Shown: one piece after another, positions 1 to 8,357 of the stretch
How positions within the stretch are numbered: position 1 is the first letter of the stretch
Layout: each line of letters opens with the position of its first letter
Assembly: GCA_038056915.1 (NCBI GenBank)
Contig: JBBUEO010000023.1
Coordinates: forward strand, 1-25,117
Source of the DNA: Patescibacteria group bacterium
GTDB taxonomy: Bacteria > Patescibacteriota > UBA1384 > UBA12157 > JAENIV01
Reading direction: 5' to 3'
DNA: 25,117 nucleotides
Position numbers and translations under genes: made by a program
Notes under the pieces: model-generated
Database searches by the model: none
The model's input: the letters and a program-made list of their open reading frames with translations, nothing else
What the model was told of the DNA's origin: nothing

Positions 1-186
1 ACAGCGATTTTTTATCCCCTGCCGATTAACAGCCAGAAACTCTATCAAAATATAGGCTACAAAATGAACACCCCAATGGCCGAAAAAATTTCCAAAGAGG
101 TCATCTCTTTGCCGGTTCACCCGGGGGTAAAAGAGAGAGATTTAAGATATATTGTAAGGACTTTTAAGGAAATCGCTGGAAATTAA
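1..186 (+). CDS. DegT/DnrJ/EryC1/StrS-family PLP aminotransferase, C-terminal fragment (5' truncated by window)
   Basis: Not in the ORF track. Frame 1 translated by hand: TAIFYPLPINSQKLYQNIGYKMNTPMAEKISKEVISLPVHPGVKERDLRYIVRTFKEIAGN*, TAA at 184-186. This matches the family C-terminus (xxYPxP...AExxxxxxxSLPxxP) also seen in the two complete paralogs in this window. Confidence 0.85.
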   Translation, partial: TAIFYPLPINSQKLYQNIGYKMNTPMAEKISKEVISLPVHPGVKERDLRYIVRTFKEIAGN

Positions 187-190
187 AAAA

Positions 191-940
191 ATGTTTTATT
201 GGGAAGAGAAAGCGAGAAAAAATCCTAAAATTAGAACTTCGCCCGACATTGGTTGTGATATTTTAGAGAAATCCTTTATCACTAAATTTCTAAAAAAAGA
301 TCAGACGGTTTTAGATGCCGGTTCAGGAGACGGCAAGGCTACTGCATATTTTGCTTTAAAAGTTAAAAAAATTATTGCTTTAGAACCTTCAAAAACTCTC
401 CTTGAGGGGTCAAAAAGAATTTTTAAAAGAAAAAAAATCAAAAATATCGAAACAATTGAAGGTTCAATTTTTGATCTTAAGACAAAATTATCCAATAAAA
501 AATTTGATGTTGTCATCACCAAAAGAGTTCTAATTAACCTCATCAATTGGACCAAACAAAAGCAGGCAATTACTGAGATCGCTGCGACTTTACCAACTGG
601 AGGATTATATTTATTGACAGAGGGTTTCGAAGACACATTTAATAATCTTCAGCGAATAAGAATTCGATATGGGCTTTCCAAAGATCACATAGTGAAATAT
701 AATCATTATCTAGATCGAAAAAAATTCGAAAAAGAAATTTTAAAATATTTCTCAATTGTCGATCAAAATAATTTAGGAATTTATTATTTTTTAAGCCACT
801 TCTACTATCCTCTTTATATCAAGCCGAAAAAACCAAAATATAATTCAAAATTTAATAAAATCGCGGTTCAGATTGGCCTAAAAGAGAAAATTTTAGAAGA
901 ATTCGGCTATATCAACTTCTACGCGTTAAAAAGAAAATGA
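191..940 (+). CDS. Class I SAM-dependent methyltransferase
   Basis: 249 aa; motif I VLDAGSGDG, acidic residue after beta-2 (IALEPS), FDVV segment; ATGA overlap with the next gene. Confidence 0.85.
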   Translation: MFYWEEKARKNPKIRTSPDIGCDILEKSFITKFLKKDQTVLDAGSGDGKATAYFALKVKKIIALEPSKTLLEGSKRIFKRKKIKNIETIEGSIFDLKTKLSNKKFDVVITKRVLINLINWTKQKQAITEIAATLPTGGLYLLTEGFEDTFNNLQRIRIRYGLSKDHIVKYNHYLDRKKFEKEILKYFSIVDQNNLGIYYFLSHFYYPLYIKPKKPKYNSKFNKIAVQIGLKEKILEEFGYINFYALKRK

Positions 941-3501
941 AAAAAATTCTAATTATCGGTGCTGGCGAAGGAGGAAAAAGATTATTAGGAGAAATTTTAA
1001 GAAAATACCCGAATTATCAAGTGGTTGGTTTTTTAGATGATAAAAAAGAACTTCAAAACCGATCAGTTAGCAATTACAAAATTCTTGGGAAAGTCAGCGA
1101 TCTTAAGCGGGTCGTTGCCAAATTTCGGATTGATGAAATTTTAATTGCCATTCCTTCTTTGCGCGGCAGTAAGTTGGCTGTCATAATTCAGCTTATCAGC
1201 AAAACTATGTTGCCATTCCGGATTTTACCAGGGGTATTTGAATCAATTGATTATTATCAAAAAAAACAAGTTGATATTGGCAGGTTAAGAGATATTGAAC
1301 TGACTGATCTTTTAGACCGCCAGCCAATTCAAATTAATCTCAAAGCAGTTTCAGGATATCTCAAGGAAAAAGTCATTTTGATTACCGGTGCTGGCGGTTC
1401 GATTGGTTCAGAAATCGCTCGTCAAATTTCCGATTTCTCCCCTAAAAAACTTATTTTAATTGATATTTATGAAAATAATTTATATGAGTTAGATCAGGAA
1501 TTAGCTTCAGTTTCTCGAGAGTCAATTGTCTGCGATATTAAGGATTTATATTCTCTAAGTAAAATATTTAATAAACATCAACCAGCAGTTATTTTTCATG
1601 CGGCTGCCCATAAACACGTGCCTTTTATGGAAAATGAGCCTCAAGAAGCAGTTAAGAATAATATTTTAGGGACTGACAATTTAATCAATCTCGCAATTAA
1701 AAATAAAAGCGAGAAATTTATTTTTATTTCCACTGATAAAGCTATCAACCCGACTTCAATAATGGGAGCAACTAAAAGGTTTTCAGAAAATCAGATTCTT
1801 TCAGCTGTAGTAGAACAGCCTATTTTTATCATTGTACGTTTTGGCAATGTTCTCGGCAGTTATGGCTCAGTCATCCCTTTATGGAAAAAACAACTTTCTC
1901 GAAATCAACCCCTGACAGTTACTCATCCAAAGATGAAAAGATATTTTATGACTATCCCCGAAGCAGTTCAGCTAGTTATTCAAGCCGGCGGGATGGCTGA
2001 CAAGACTTCAATTTTTGCCCTAAAAATGGGCAAGCAGTATCGAATTTTTAATTTAGCAGAAGATTTTCTTAAGCTTTCTGGCTCAATGGTTGGTCAAGAT
2101 AATCAAATTGTCATTACCAAGCCGCGGCCAGGCGAAAAGCTATCAGAGACTTTATTTGAGGAAGGTGAAAAAATTTCCAATACCCCACATAAGATGATAA
2201 TCAAAATTAAAGCTCAAGAAAATTCTCGTGATTATCCCCCCAAAACCTTAAAAATATTTAAAGATAAAATTAATAATCTTGGAAGAGATGAAATTATCAG
2301 CCTTCTAAAAAAAGCCATTCCTACTTATCTACCCTATCAAGAACTTGCTCAACCAAAAAAAATTGAAAAGGTGATTCCTTTTTCGCCACCTTCTATCGGT
2401 GAAGAAGAAATTAAGGCAGTTGGTCAGGTCTTAAAAAGCGGCTGGCTGACAATGGGACCTGAGGTTTTAAAGTTTGAGGATCATTTCAAAAAGTTTTATA
2501 AAACTAAAAATGCTCTTGCTGTCAGTTCTGCCACTGCTGGTCTTCATTTGGCTCTGGTTGGTCTCAACATTAGTCATAGAGATGAAGTAATTTTACCATC
2601 TTACACCTTTGCTTCCTGTGCCAATACGATTGTTTGGACTGGGGCTAAACCGGTTTTTACCGATATTAAAAAAGAAGGTTTCTTAATTGACCCCGAAGAG
2701 ATTAAGCGAAAAATCACTCATAAAACCAAAGCAATTATGGTTGTTCACTTTGGCGGCCAGATGGCTGAAATGGACGAGATTGTCAAAATCGCTCGTCAAA
2801 AAAACTTAAAAATTATTGAAGATTGTGCCCATTCCTTAGCTGCCACTTTTCAAGGGAAATTAGCCGGAACCATTGGAGACGTTGGAGTTTTTAGTTTTTA
2901 TCCAACCAAAAATATCACCACTGGCGAAGGCGGGATGGTAATAACCAAAGATGATCAATCGGCAGAAAAAATTCAAGTTTTACGTCTTCATGGTATGAGC
3001 ACCGATGCTTTTAATCGTTACTCTTCCAAAGGTAGGTGGTATTATGAAATTAGCCAGGCTGGTTTTAAATATAATATGACAGATATCGCCGCTGCTATTG
3101 GGATTGTTCAATTGACTAAACTTAAGACAATGGATCAGCTACGTCTTAAAATAGCCCAAACTTATTTAAAAAATCTCCAAGGAGTTCCCGGATTGACCTT
3201 ACCAATTTCCTTACCTGAGCGCAAAAATGTATGGCATCTTTTTCCGATATTAGTCGAACCAAATTTACGAGAAAAACTAATTGATGCTTTAAGAGAATTT
3301 AATGTGTCAAGCAGTGTCCATTTTATTCCATTGCATCTTCAGCCCTTTTATCAAAAAAATTATGGCTATAAAAAAGGTGATTTGCCGGTTTCTGAAGAAG
3401 TTTTTGAAAGAGAAATATCGCTGCCCATTTATCCAAAACTTACAATTTCTCAAGTAGAATATATTTGTCAGGTGATAAAATATTTTATGGAGAATCAATG
3501 A
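937..3501 (+). CDS. Fusion of a PglF/CapD/WbpM-type UDP-HexNAc 4,6-dehydratase (no TM anchor) and a DegT-family sugar aminotransferase
   Basis: 854 aa with no internal stop. N-terminal Rossmann-like domain (IIGAGEGG, VVGFLDD), then an SDR domain (TGAGGSIGSE, HAAAHKHVP, STDKAINPTSIMGATKR, VRFGNVLGS, RPGEKL). From about aa 479 (nt 2371) an aminotransferase follows (IPFSPP, SGWLTMGP, IEDCAH, SFYPTKNITTGEGG with the PLP lysine, SLPIYP). Confidence 0.93.
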   Translation: MKKILIIGAGEGGKRLLGEILRKYPNYQVVGFLDDKKELQNRSVSNYKILGKVSDLKRVVAKFRIDEILIAIPSLRGSKLAVIIQLISKTMLPFRILPGVFESIDYYQKKQVDIGRLRDIELTDLLDRQPIQINLKAVSGYLKEKVILITGAGGSIGSEIARQISDFSPKKLILIDIYENNLYELDQELASVSRESIVCDIKDLYSLSKIFNKHQPAVIFHAAAHKHVPFMENEPQEAVKNNILGTDNLINLAIKNKSEKFIFISTDKAINPTSIMGATKRFSENQILSAVVEQPIFIIVRFGNVLGSYGSVIPLWKKQLSRNQPLTVTHPKMKRYFMTIPEAVQLVIQAGGMADKTSIFALKMGKQYRIFNLAEDFLKLSGSMVGQDNQIVITKPRPGEKLSETLFEEGEKISNTPHKMIIKIKAQENSRDYPPKTLKIFKDKINNLGRDEIISLLKKAIPTYLPYQELAQPKKIEKVIPFSPPSIGEEEIKAVGQVLKSGWLTMGPEVLKFEDHFKKFYKTKNALAVSSATAGLHLALVGLNISHRDEVILPSYTFASCANTIVWTGAKPVFTDIKKEGFLIDPEEIKRKITHKTKAIMVVHFGGQMAEMDEIVKIARQKNLKIIEDCAHSLAATFQGKLAGTIGDVGVFSFYPTKNITTGEGGMVITKDDQSAEKIQVLRLHGMSTDAFNRYSSKGRWYYEISQAGFKYNMTDIAAAIGIVQLTKLKTMDQLRLKIAQTYLKNLQGVPGLTLPISLPERKNVWHLFPILVEPNLREKLIDALREFNVSSSVHFIPLHLQPFYQKNYGYKKGDLPVSEEVFEREISLPIYPKLTISQVEYICQVIKYFMENQ

Positions 3502-4196
3502 AAATTTTAGTTATTGCCGCCCATCCTGACGACGAGGTTTTGGGCTGTGGCGGAACACTTTTCAAACTCTCTAAGGATATGAAGAATCAACTTTTTTTCG
3601 CATTCGCCGCTGATGGAGTTATGGGGCGGCATCGTCTTGAAGAGAAAGAAAAATTTTTGTCTGATATTGAAAGACGACGTCAAGAATCGGTTTTAGTGGC
3701 TAAGATTTTGAAAGCAGAGATATTAAATAAACAGGATAAGAATTATTACCGATTTAATGACCAGAGGTTGGCTCAAGAAGATTTTAATAATGTTGTTGGT
3801 TGGATTAAAGACAAAATTGAAAAATCTAAACCAGATATTATTTATACCCATTTTGTTGGAGATTTTAATATTGATCACCGGATTGTCGCCGAAGCGGTAT
3901 TGGTTGCCGCCAGACCAAGCAAATTCGAGTTTGTTAAAAAAATATATGCCTTCGAGGTCAATATGGCTGATACCAACCAGGGGTCTGCTGTTCAACTGTT
4001 GCCATTTAATCCCAATGTTTTTGAAAAAATAAGCATCAACAAAACTTTGGGGAAGATTGGATTATTCAAATATTACAAATCAGAACAATGGGCCACTTGG
4101 CAAGCAGATATTGAAACTTTGGCAAAATATCGGGGGACAAATTCTGGCTTTGACTTTGCCGAAGGATTCTTACTTCTAAGGCAAAGAAATGATTAA
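3498..4196 (+). CDS. PIG-L/LmbE-family metal-dependent de-N-acetylase
   Basis: AHPDDEVLGCGG and H-x-x-G-D-x-N-x-D-H motifs. Start moved from 3465 to ATG 3498, which forms an ATGA overlap with the upstream stop (232 aa). Confidence 0.9.
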   Translation: MKILVIAAHPDDEVLGCGGTLFKLSKDMKNQLFFAFAADGVMGRHRLEEKEKFLSDIERRRQESVLVAKILKAEILNKQDKNYYRFNDQRLAQEDFNNVVGWIKDKIEKSKPDIIYTHFVGDFNIDHRIVAEAVLVAARPSKFEFVKKIYAFEVNMADTNQGSAVQLLPFNPNVFEKISINKTLGKIGLFKYYKSEQWATWQADIETLAKYRGTNSGFDFAEGFLLLRQRND

Positions 4197-5058
4197 AATC
4201 GATTGCCCATTATGTAGTGGTCACTCTTTTCAGGATCGTTATCATAAAGACAATATGACAGTAGTCGAATGCAACAACTGCGGCTTAATTTTTACTAATC
4301 CTCAACCCGGTCAGAGAGAACTTTTCAAGCATTATAATAAAAATTATTATTTTTGTCCCAATAAAGACCCGAAAGATAATAGCCGATATTTTGATTACAA
4401 CACCCGCTATTTGAAAGGCAATGAACGCCAGCGATTTACTGGCATCTTTGAAAAATTGGCTAAATTTAAGCCGCAAGGGGGAAGACTATTAGATGTCGGT
4501 ACTGCTTCTGGTTTTTTTATTGAGGAAGCCAATAAGCGCGGCTGGCAGGCCGAAGGCGTAGAAGTTTCAAAATGGGCGGTTGAATATGGCAGGAAAAACC
4601 TTAAAGTAAAAATATTTCAGGGCGAGCTTTCCCAGGCAAAATTTAAGTCAAATACCTTTGAGGTGGTAACCTTTCTTGATGTTTTAGAACATTTCCAGAA
4701 CCCCTTGGCTGAGCTTAAAGAAGCCTCGAGGATTCTTAAAAAAAATGGTTTAATTTATATTGAGACTATTAATTTTGATAATTTTATAACCCACTATTTA
4801 ATCGGCAAAAAATATAAATATATGGTGCCTAAATTTCATTTATTTTATTTCGGCCGTCGGCAACTGCGTCAGCTTCTTGATAAAGCTGATTTTAAAATTC
4901 TCAACGAGCAACTGACTTCCTCATCAGTCGGAGATTATGAATATGAAGGATTATCAATGTATTGGGCCTATCTAAAAAAAATATTCACTTCATTTGGACA
5001 AAAAGAAACCAATTTTGCTTTTAAGGATTTAATTAAAATTTATGGACAAAAAGATTAA
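4189..5058 (+). CDS. Class I SAM methyltransferase with N-terminal CxxC...CxxC zinc ribbon
   Basis: CPLC...CNNC at the N-terminus; LLDVGTASG, GVEVS and DVLEH motifs; typical of glycan-cluster methyltransferases. Confidence 0.9.
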   Translation: MIKIDCPLCSGHSFQDRYHKDNMTVVECNNCGLIFTNPQPGQRELFKHYNKNYYFCPNKDPKDNSRYFDYNTRYLKGNERQRFTGIFEKLAKFKPQGGRLLDVGTASGFFIEEANKRGWQAEGVEVSKWAVEYGRKNLKVKIFQGELSQAKFKSNTFEVVTFLDVLEHFQNPLAELKEASRILKKNGLIYIETINFDNFITHYLIGKKYKYMVPKFHLFYFGRRQLRQLLDKADFKILNEQLTSSSVGDYEYEGLSMYWAYLKKIFTSFGQKETNFAFKDLIKIYGQKD

Positions 5059-5536
5059 AATTATTTCTTTGACCAAGGGAAAGTTAAAGGAAAAATTTGA
5101 GGAATTTATAGAAATTGATCGTCTGCAAATGGAGGGTTTTGAGAAATGGCAAAGAAAAAATTTTTTTCTCGAACTCCCTTTAAAATTTCAATTGTCTTGT
5201 TTAGCTGAAAATAAAGATCAAGTAGTTGGTTATAACATCGTCTCTCGAAAAAATAACTTAAGCCACATTCATCGGATCGTTGTCCATCCTGACTTTACTG
5301 GTCAAGGCATCGGCTCAAAAATGCTTAAATTTTCTCAGATAAAAGCTCAAGAAAGAGCTTTAAAGAAGATGGTGGTCGAGACCTCCCGAAAGAAAAACTT
5401 ACAAAAATTTTATTTAAAAAATAATTTTAAAAAAATGACTAATTTTGAGCAAAAAAAATATGTTCAAAATAAACCAGTCAGTCTCCAAAAGATATTTTTG
5501 AAAAAATATTTTGTTTTTTATAAATATTTTAAATGA
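5042..5536 (+). CDS. GNAT-family N-acetyltransferase
   Basis: 164 aa; acetyl-CoA motif A IVVHPDFTGQGIGS and motif B KFYLKNNF. Confidence 0.85.
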   Translation: MDKKIKIISLTKGKLKEKFEEFIEIDRLQMEGFEKWQRKNFFLELPLKFQLSCLAENKDQVVGYNIVSRKNNLSHIHRIVVHPDFTGQGIGSKMLKFSQIKAQERALKKMVVETSRKKNLQKFYLKNNFKKMTNFEQKKYVQNKPVSLQKIFLKKYFVFYKYFK

Positions 5537-6237
5537 TTTCTAAAAAGTCTCAAAAAATCGTTGCTATTCATCAGCCTTATTTTATGCCCTGGCTGGGGTT
5601 TTTTGACAAAGTTGCCAGAGCAGATATCTTTATTGTTTTAGGAAATGCAACCTGCGATTGGCAAAGTCGATCAGTCCTTAGCCGTAATAAAATTAAAACC
5701 CCAGCAGGAGCAAAATGGCTGACAATACCGATACACGCTGATCTTAAAACAAGAATTAAAGATGTCAAAATAGACGAAAATAATAATTGGCGAAAAGACC
5801 ATCTAAAAACTTTATTTTTCAACTATAAAAAGGCGAAGAATTTTTCAGAATTATATCCTTTGATTGAAAATATTTATAAGGAAAAATTTCCAAGATTAAT
5901 TAATTTAAATCTGGAAATTATAAAATTATTTATGCAACTTTTGAAAATTAAGACGCAAATCATATACGATGAGGATTTGAAACCTCGAGGTCAAAAAAAC
6001 GATCTGCTCATAGATCTTACTAAAAAAATGAAAGGAAATATTTATCTTTCTGGAGTTGGAGCAAAAAATTATATAGATCCGATTAAATTTAAAAAAGCTG
6101 GCATCAAGGTTATTTGGCAGGATTTCAATCATCCAGTCTACCAGCAACCTTGGGGCAAATTTATACCTAATCTTTCAGCTATTGATTATCTTTTTTGTGA
6201 TGGTCGTCCGCTTGGAAAGGTCTATGAAAAATTTTAA
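5533..6237 (+). CDS. wbqC: WbqC-family protein (proposed glycyl/aminoacyl transferase onto amino sugar)
   Basis: AIHQPYFMPWLGFFDK, RNKIKT..G..WLTIP, YLSG.GA..Y and NLSAIDYLF are recognisable WbqC-family motifs. The symbol denotes the family, not proven orthology. Confidence 0.88.
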   Translation: MISKKSQKIVAIHQPYFMPWLGFFDKVARADIFIVLGNATCDWQSRSVLSRNKIKTPAGAKWLTIPIHADLKTRIKDVKIDENNNWRKDHLKTLFFNYKKAKNFSELYPLIENIYKEKFPRLINLNLEIIKLFMQLLKIKTQIIYDEDLKPRGQKNDLLIDLTKKMKGNIYLSGVGAKNYIDPIKFKKAGIKVIWQDFNHPVYQQPWGKFIPNLSAIDYLFCDGRPLGKVYEKF

Positions 6238-7459
6238 CTGGTTGATCATAGACTGTTTGAAGAGGCCAACCGCGCCTGGTGATGTGAAGCTTATAGCATT
6301 TATCATGAATAATATAAGCATTAGTTCTAATTGTTGAAGGTATTCTACTTTTTCTTTTTGGGTAAAAACCGCAAGTAATCAAAAAATCTCCTTCACTTAG
6401 ATAAATCGGATCCCAGGTGATTAATACTTTGCCGGTTTTTTTAAATTCTCCCAAATTTTGATTAAATTCACTTGATAAATAGCTGGTAGCATATACGCCA
6501 TCAGATCTGGTAAATAATACCCAGGCGCCGACATCTTTCAAGGGTCTCTCTGTTTTATAAATAATTTGGATTGTCATTTTGTCATTTTGGTAAATCGAAT
6601 AATTCTCTTTTCCAGTTTTATCAATGACTTTGACTTCTAAAATATCAATCGGACCGTTTTTCCAAATTCTTTGGCCAAGTTCTTCTTTTTTTTCTCTTCG
6701 ATTTGTTTTTTTAAGTCTTTGGCTTATTTCAAACATCATATCTCGTTCGTAAGCTTGACAAACATCAAAGACCGGCCCATCCATAATCACTTTGCCTTTT
6801 TCTAAATAAATTGCCCTTTGGCAAAGTTTTTGCACTAGAGGCAATGAATGGGAAACAAAAAGAACCGTTGCCCCCGAACGGCACATTTGGGTGATTTTTT
6901 CTAAGCACTTGCTGACAAAAATCATATCACCAGTCGCTAAAGCTTCATCAATGATTAATATTTCCGGTTCAACCGCTGTCGCTACTGAAAAAGTCAATCT
7001 CGCCTGCATGCCCGAAGAATAGGTTTTAAACGGTCGGTCAATAAATTCTTCGAGCTCAGAAAATTCAATAATCGAATCCATTTTTTTTATTATCTCTTGG
7101 CGTGACATGCCTAAAACCATTCCGCCGTTTAAGATATTTTCCCGGCCAGAATATTCTGGATTAAAGCCCAATCCCAATTCTAAGATGGCTGAGATTTTAC
7201 CCTTAACTTCAATTCTTCCAGAAGTTTTATCAAGGGTGCCGGTGATAATTTTTAACAAAGTAGATTTACCCGATCCGTTTCGGCCGATAATCCCGACGAC
7301 TTCTCCTTTTTTAAGTTCAAAGGAGACATCATTTAAAGCCTTAAAATCTGAATGATATTTTTTATGGATTAAAACTTCTTTTAAAAGGTCCAAGGGGTGT
7401 TTGTAAACTGCAAAAACCTTGGTTAGATTTTGAATTTTTATAACTCTTTGATTATTCAT
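6179..7459 (-). CDS. wzt: Polysaccharide ABC exporter ATP-binding subunit with C-terminal Wzt_C-type domain
   Basis: Walker A GRNGSGKST, signature YSSGM, Walker B ILIIDE, H-loop VSH. An extra C-terminal domain of roughly 170 aa is beta-rich. The gene is adjacent to wzm. Confidence 0.93.
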   Translation of the reverse strand: MNNQRVIKIQNLTKVFAVYKHPLDLLKEVLIHKKYHSDFKALNDVSFELKKGEVVGIIGRNGSGKSTLLKIITGTLDKTSGRIEVKGKISAILELGLGFNPEYSGRENILNGGMVLGMSRQEIIKKMDSIIEFSELEEFIDRPFKTYSSGMQARLTFSVATAVEPEILIIDEALATGDMIFVSKCLEKITQMCRSGATVLFVSHSLPLVQKLCQRAIYLEKGKVIMDGPVFDVCQAYERDMMFEISQRLKKTNRREKKEELGQRIWKNGPIDILEVKVIDKTGKENYSIYQNDKMTIQIIYKTERPLKDVGAWVLFTRSDGVYATSYLSSEFNQNLGEFKKTGKVLITWDPIYLSEGDFLITCGFYPKRKSRIPSTIRTNAYIIHDKCYKLHITRRGWPLQTVYDQPVKIFHRPFQADDHHKKDNQ

Positions 7460-7462
7460 TTT

Positions 7463-8260
7463 TTACAAAATGTTCGCTAAAAGATGTTTGCTTTTATGAA
7501 AAGCTCTTATTCCCAAAGAGAAAAAAATAAGCGAAAATAGACCAAAAATTAAAAAACTATAGGGATGATTAATTTTTCCTGTATAAATAATATCTTTATA
7601 AATATAAATTAAGTGGCTCGCTAAATTAAAATTCATTAAAAAAATAATTTTTTGAGGCAACATACTTTCAATGTAAAGAATCGGAGTAGCAAAAGTGAGG
7701 ACTGTTAAAATTACTGTCATAAGTTCGCCTAAATCACGAAAATATACTCCAGCCAATGAGAGTAAATAGCTAAGACCAAGAGTAAAGAGGATGTTGAAAA
7801 TAATCACTAACGGTAAAAGGAGCATCATCAAAGAAAATCTATCTGGCATAAATATTGATAAAATAATAAAATAAATTATCAGGCCGATAATAAGAGAGAT
7901 AAAGCTTGGCAGGATTGAGCTAAGCGGCAGAATCTCAATTGGAAAAATTGATTGTTTGACTAAAGAGGCCTTGGAATAGATAGAAGTGATACTTTTGTTG
8001 ATACCTTCACTAAAAGCAAGCCAAGGAATTAAGCCGGCAATTGCAAACAGAGCATAATCTTTAGACGATGATTCAATAGAAATTTTAACTTTAAAAATAA
8101 AGGTAAAGACAACGGTATAAAGGACAATTAAAAACAATGGCTGCAAAATTGCCCAAAAAACTCCGAGATTCGAACCGGCATAGCGGTCGGTCATTTCCTT
8201 ATAAGTCATTCTGAAAATTAAACCGCGATTCAGATATAAACTTTTTAAATAATTCTTCAT
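7463..8260 (-). CDS. wzm: Polysaccharide ABC exporter permease (ABC-2 type)
   Basis: 265 aa with several hydrophobic segments; RYAGSNLGVFWAILQPL and FATPILY motifs typical of Wzm/TagG; directly upstream of wzt. Confidence 0.93.
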   Translation of the reverse strand: MKNYLKSLYLNRGLIFRMTYKEMTDRYAGSNLGVFWAILQPLFLIVLYTVVFTFIFKVKISIESSSKDYALFAIAGLIPWLAFSEGINKSITSIYSKASLVKQSIFPIEILPLSSILPSFISLIIGLIIYFIILSIFMPDRFSLMMLLLPLVIIFNILFTLGLSYLLSLAGVYFRDLGELMTVILTVLTFATPILYIESMLPQKIIFLMNFNLASHLIYIYKDIIYTGKINHPYSFLIFGLFSLIFFSLGIRAFHKSKHLLANIL

Positions 8261-8284
8261 TATTTTTTATCTTAGGTAAAATCA

Positions 8285-8313
8285 ATTATAATCACTCCTT
8301 ATATTAAAAGCAA
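8285..8313 (-). promoter_or_regulatory. Putative sigma70 promoter for wzm-wzt
   Basis: On the - strand: TTGCTT (8313-8308), a 17-nt spacer and a perfect TATAAT (8290-8285), ending 25 nt upstream of the wzm ATG in the divergent intergenic region. Confidence 0.5.
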
Positions 8314-8357
8314 ATAGAACTGTTTACAAAAACAAGGGAATATGCTTTAGTTTTATT

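Noticed and set aside
2365-2373. GTG at 2371 as an independent start for the aminotransferase half of the fusion
   Set aside because: It is possible, but there is no upstream stop and no well-spaced SD. The sequence supports a single ORF, and internal initiation cannot be shown from sequence alone.
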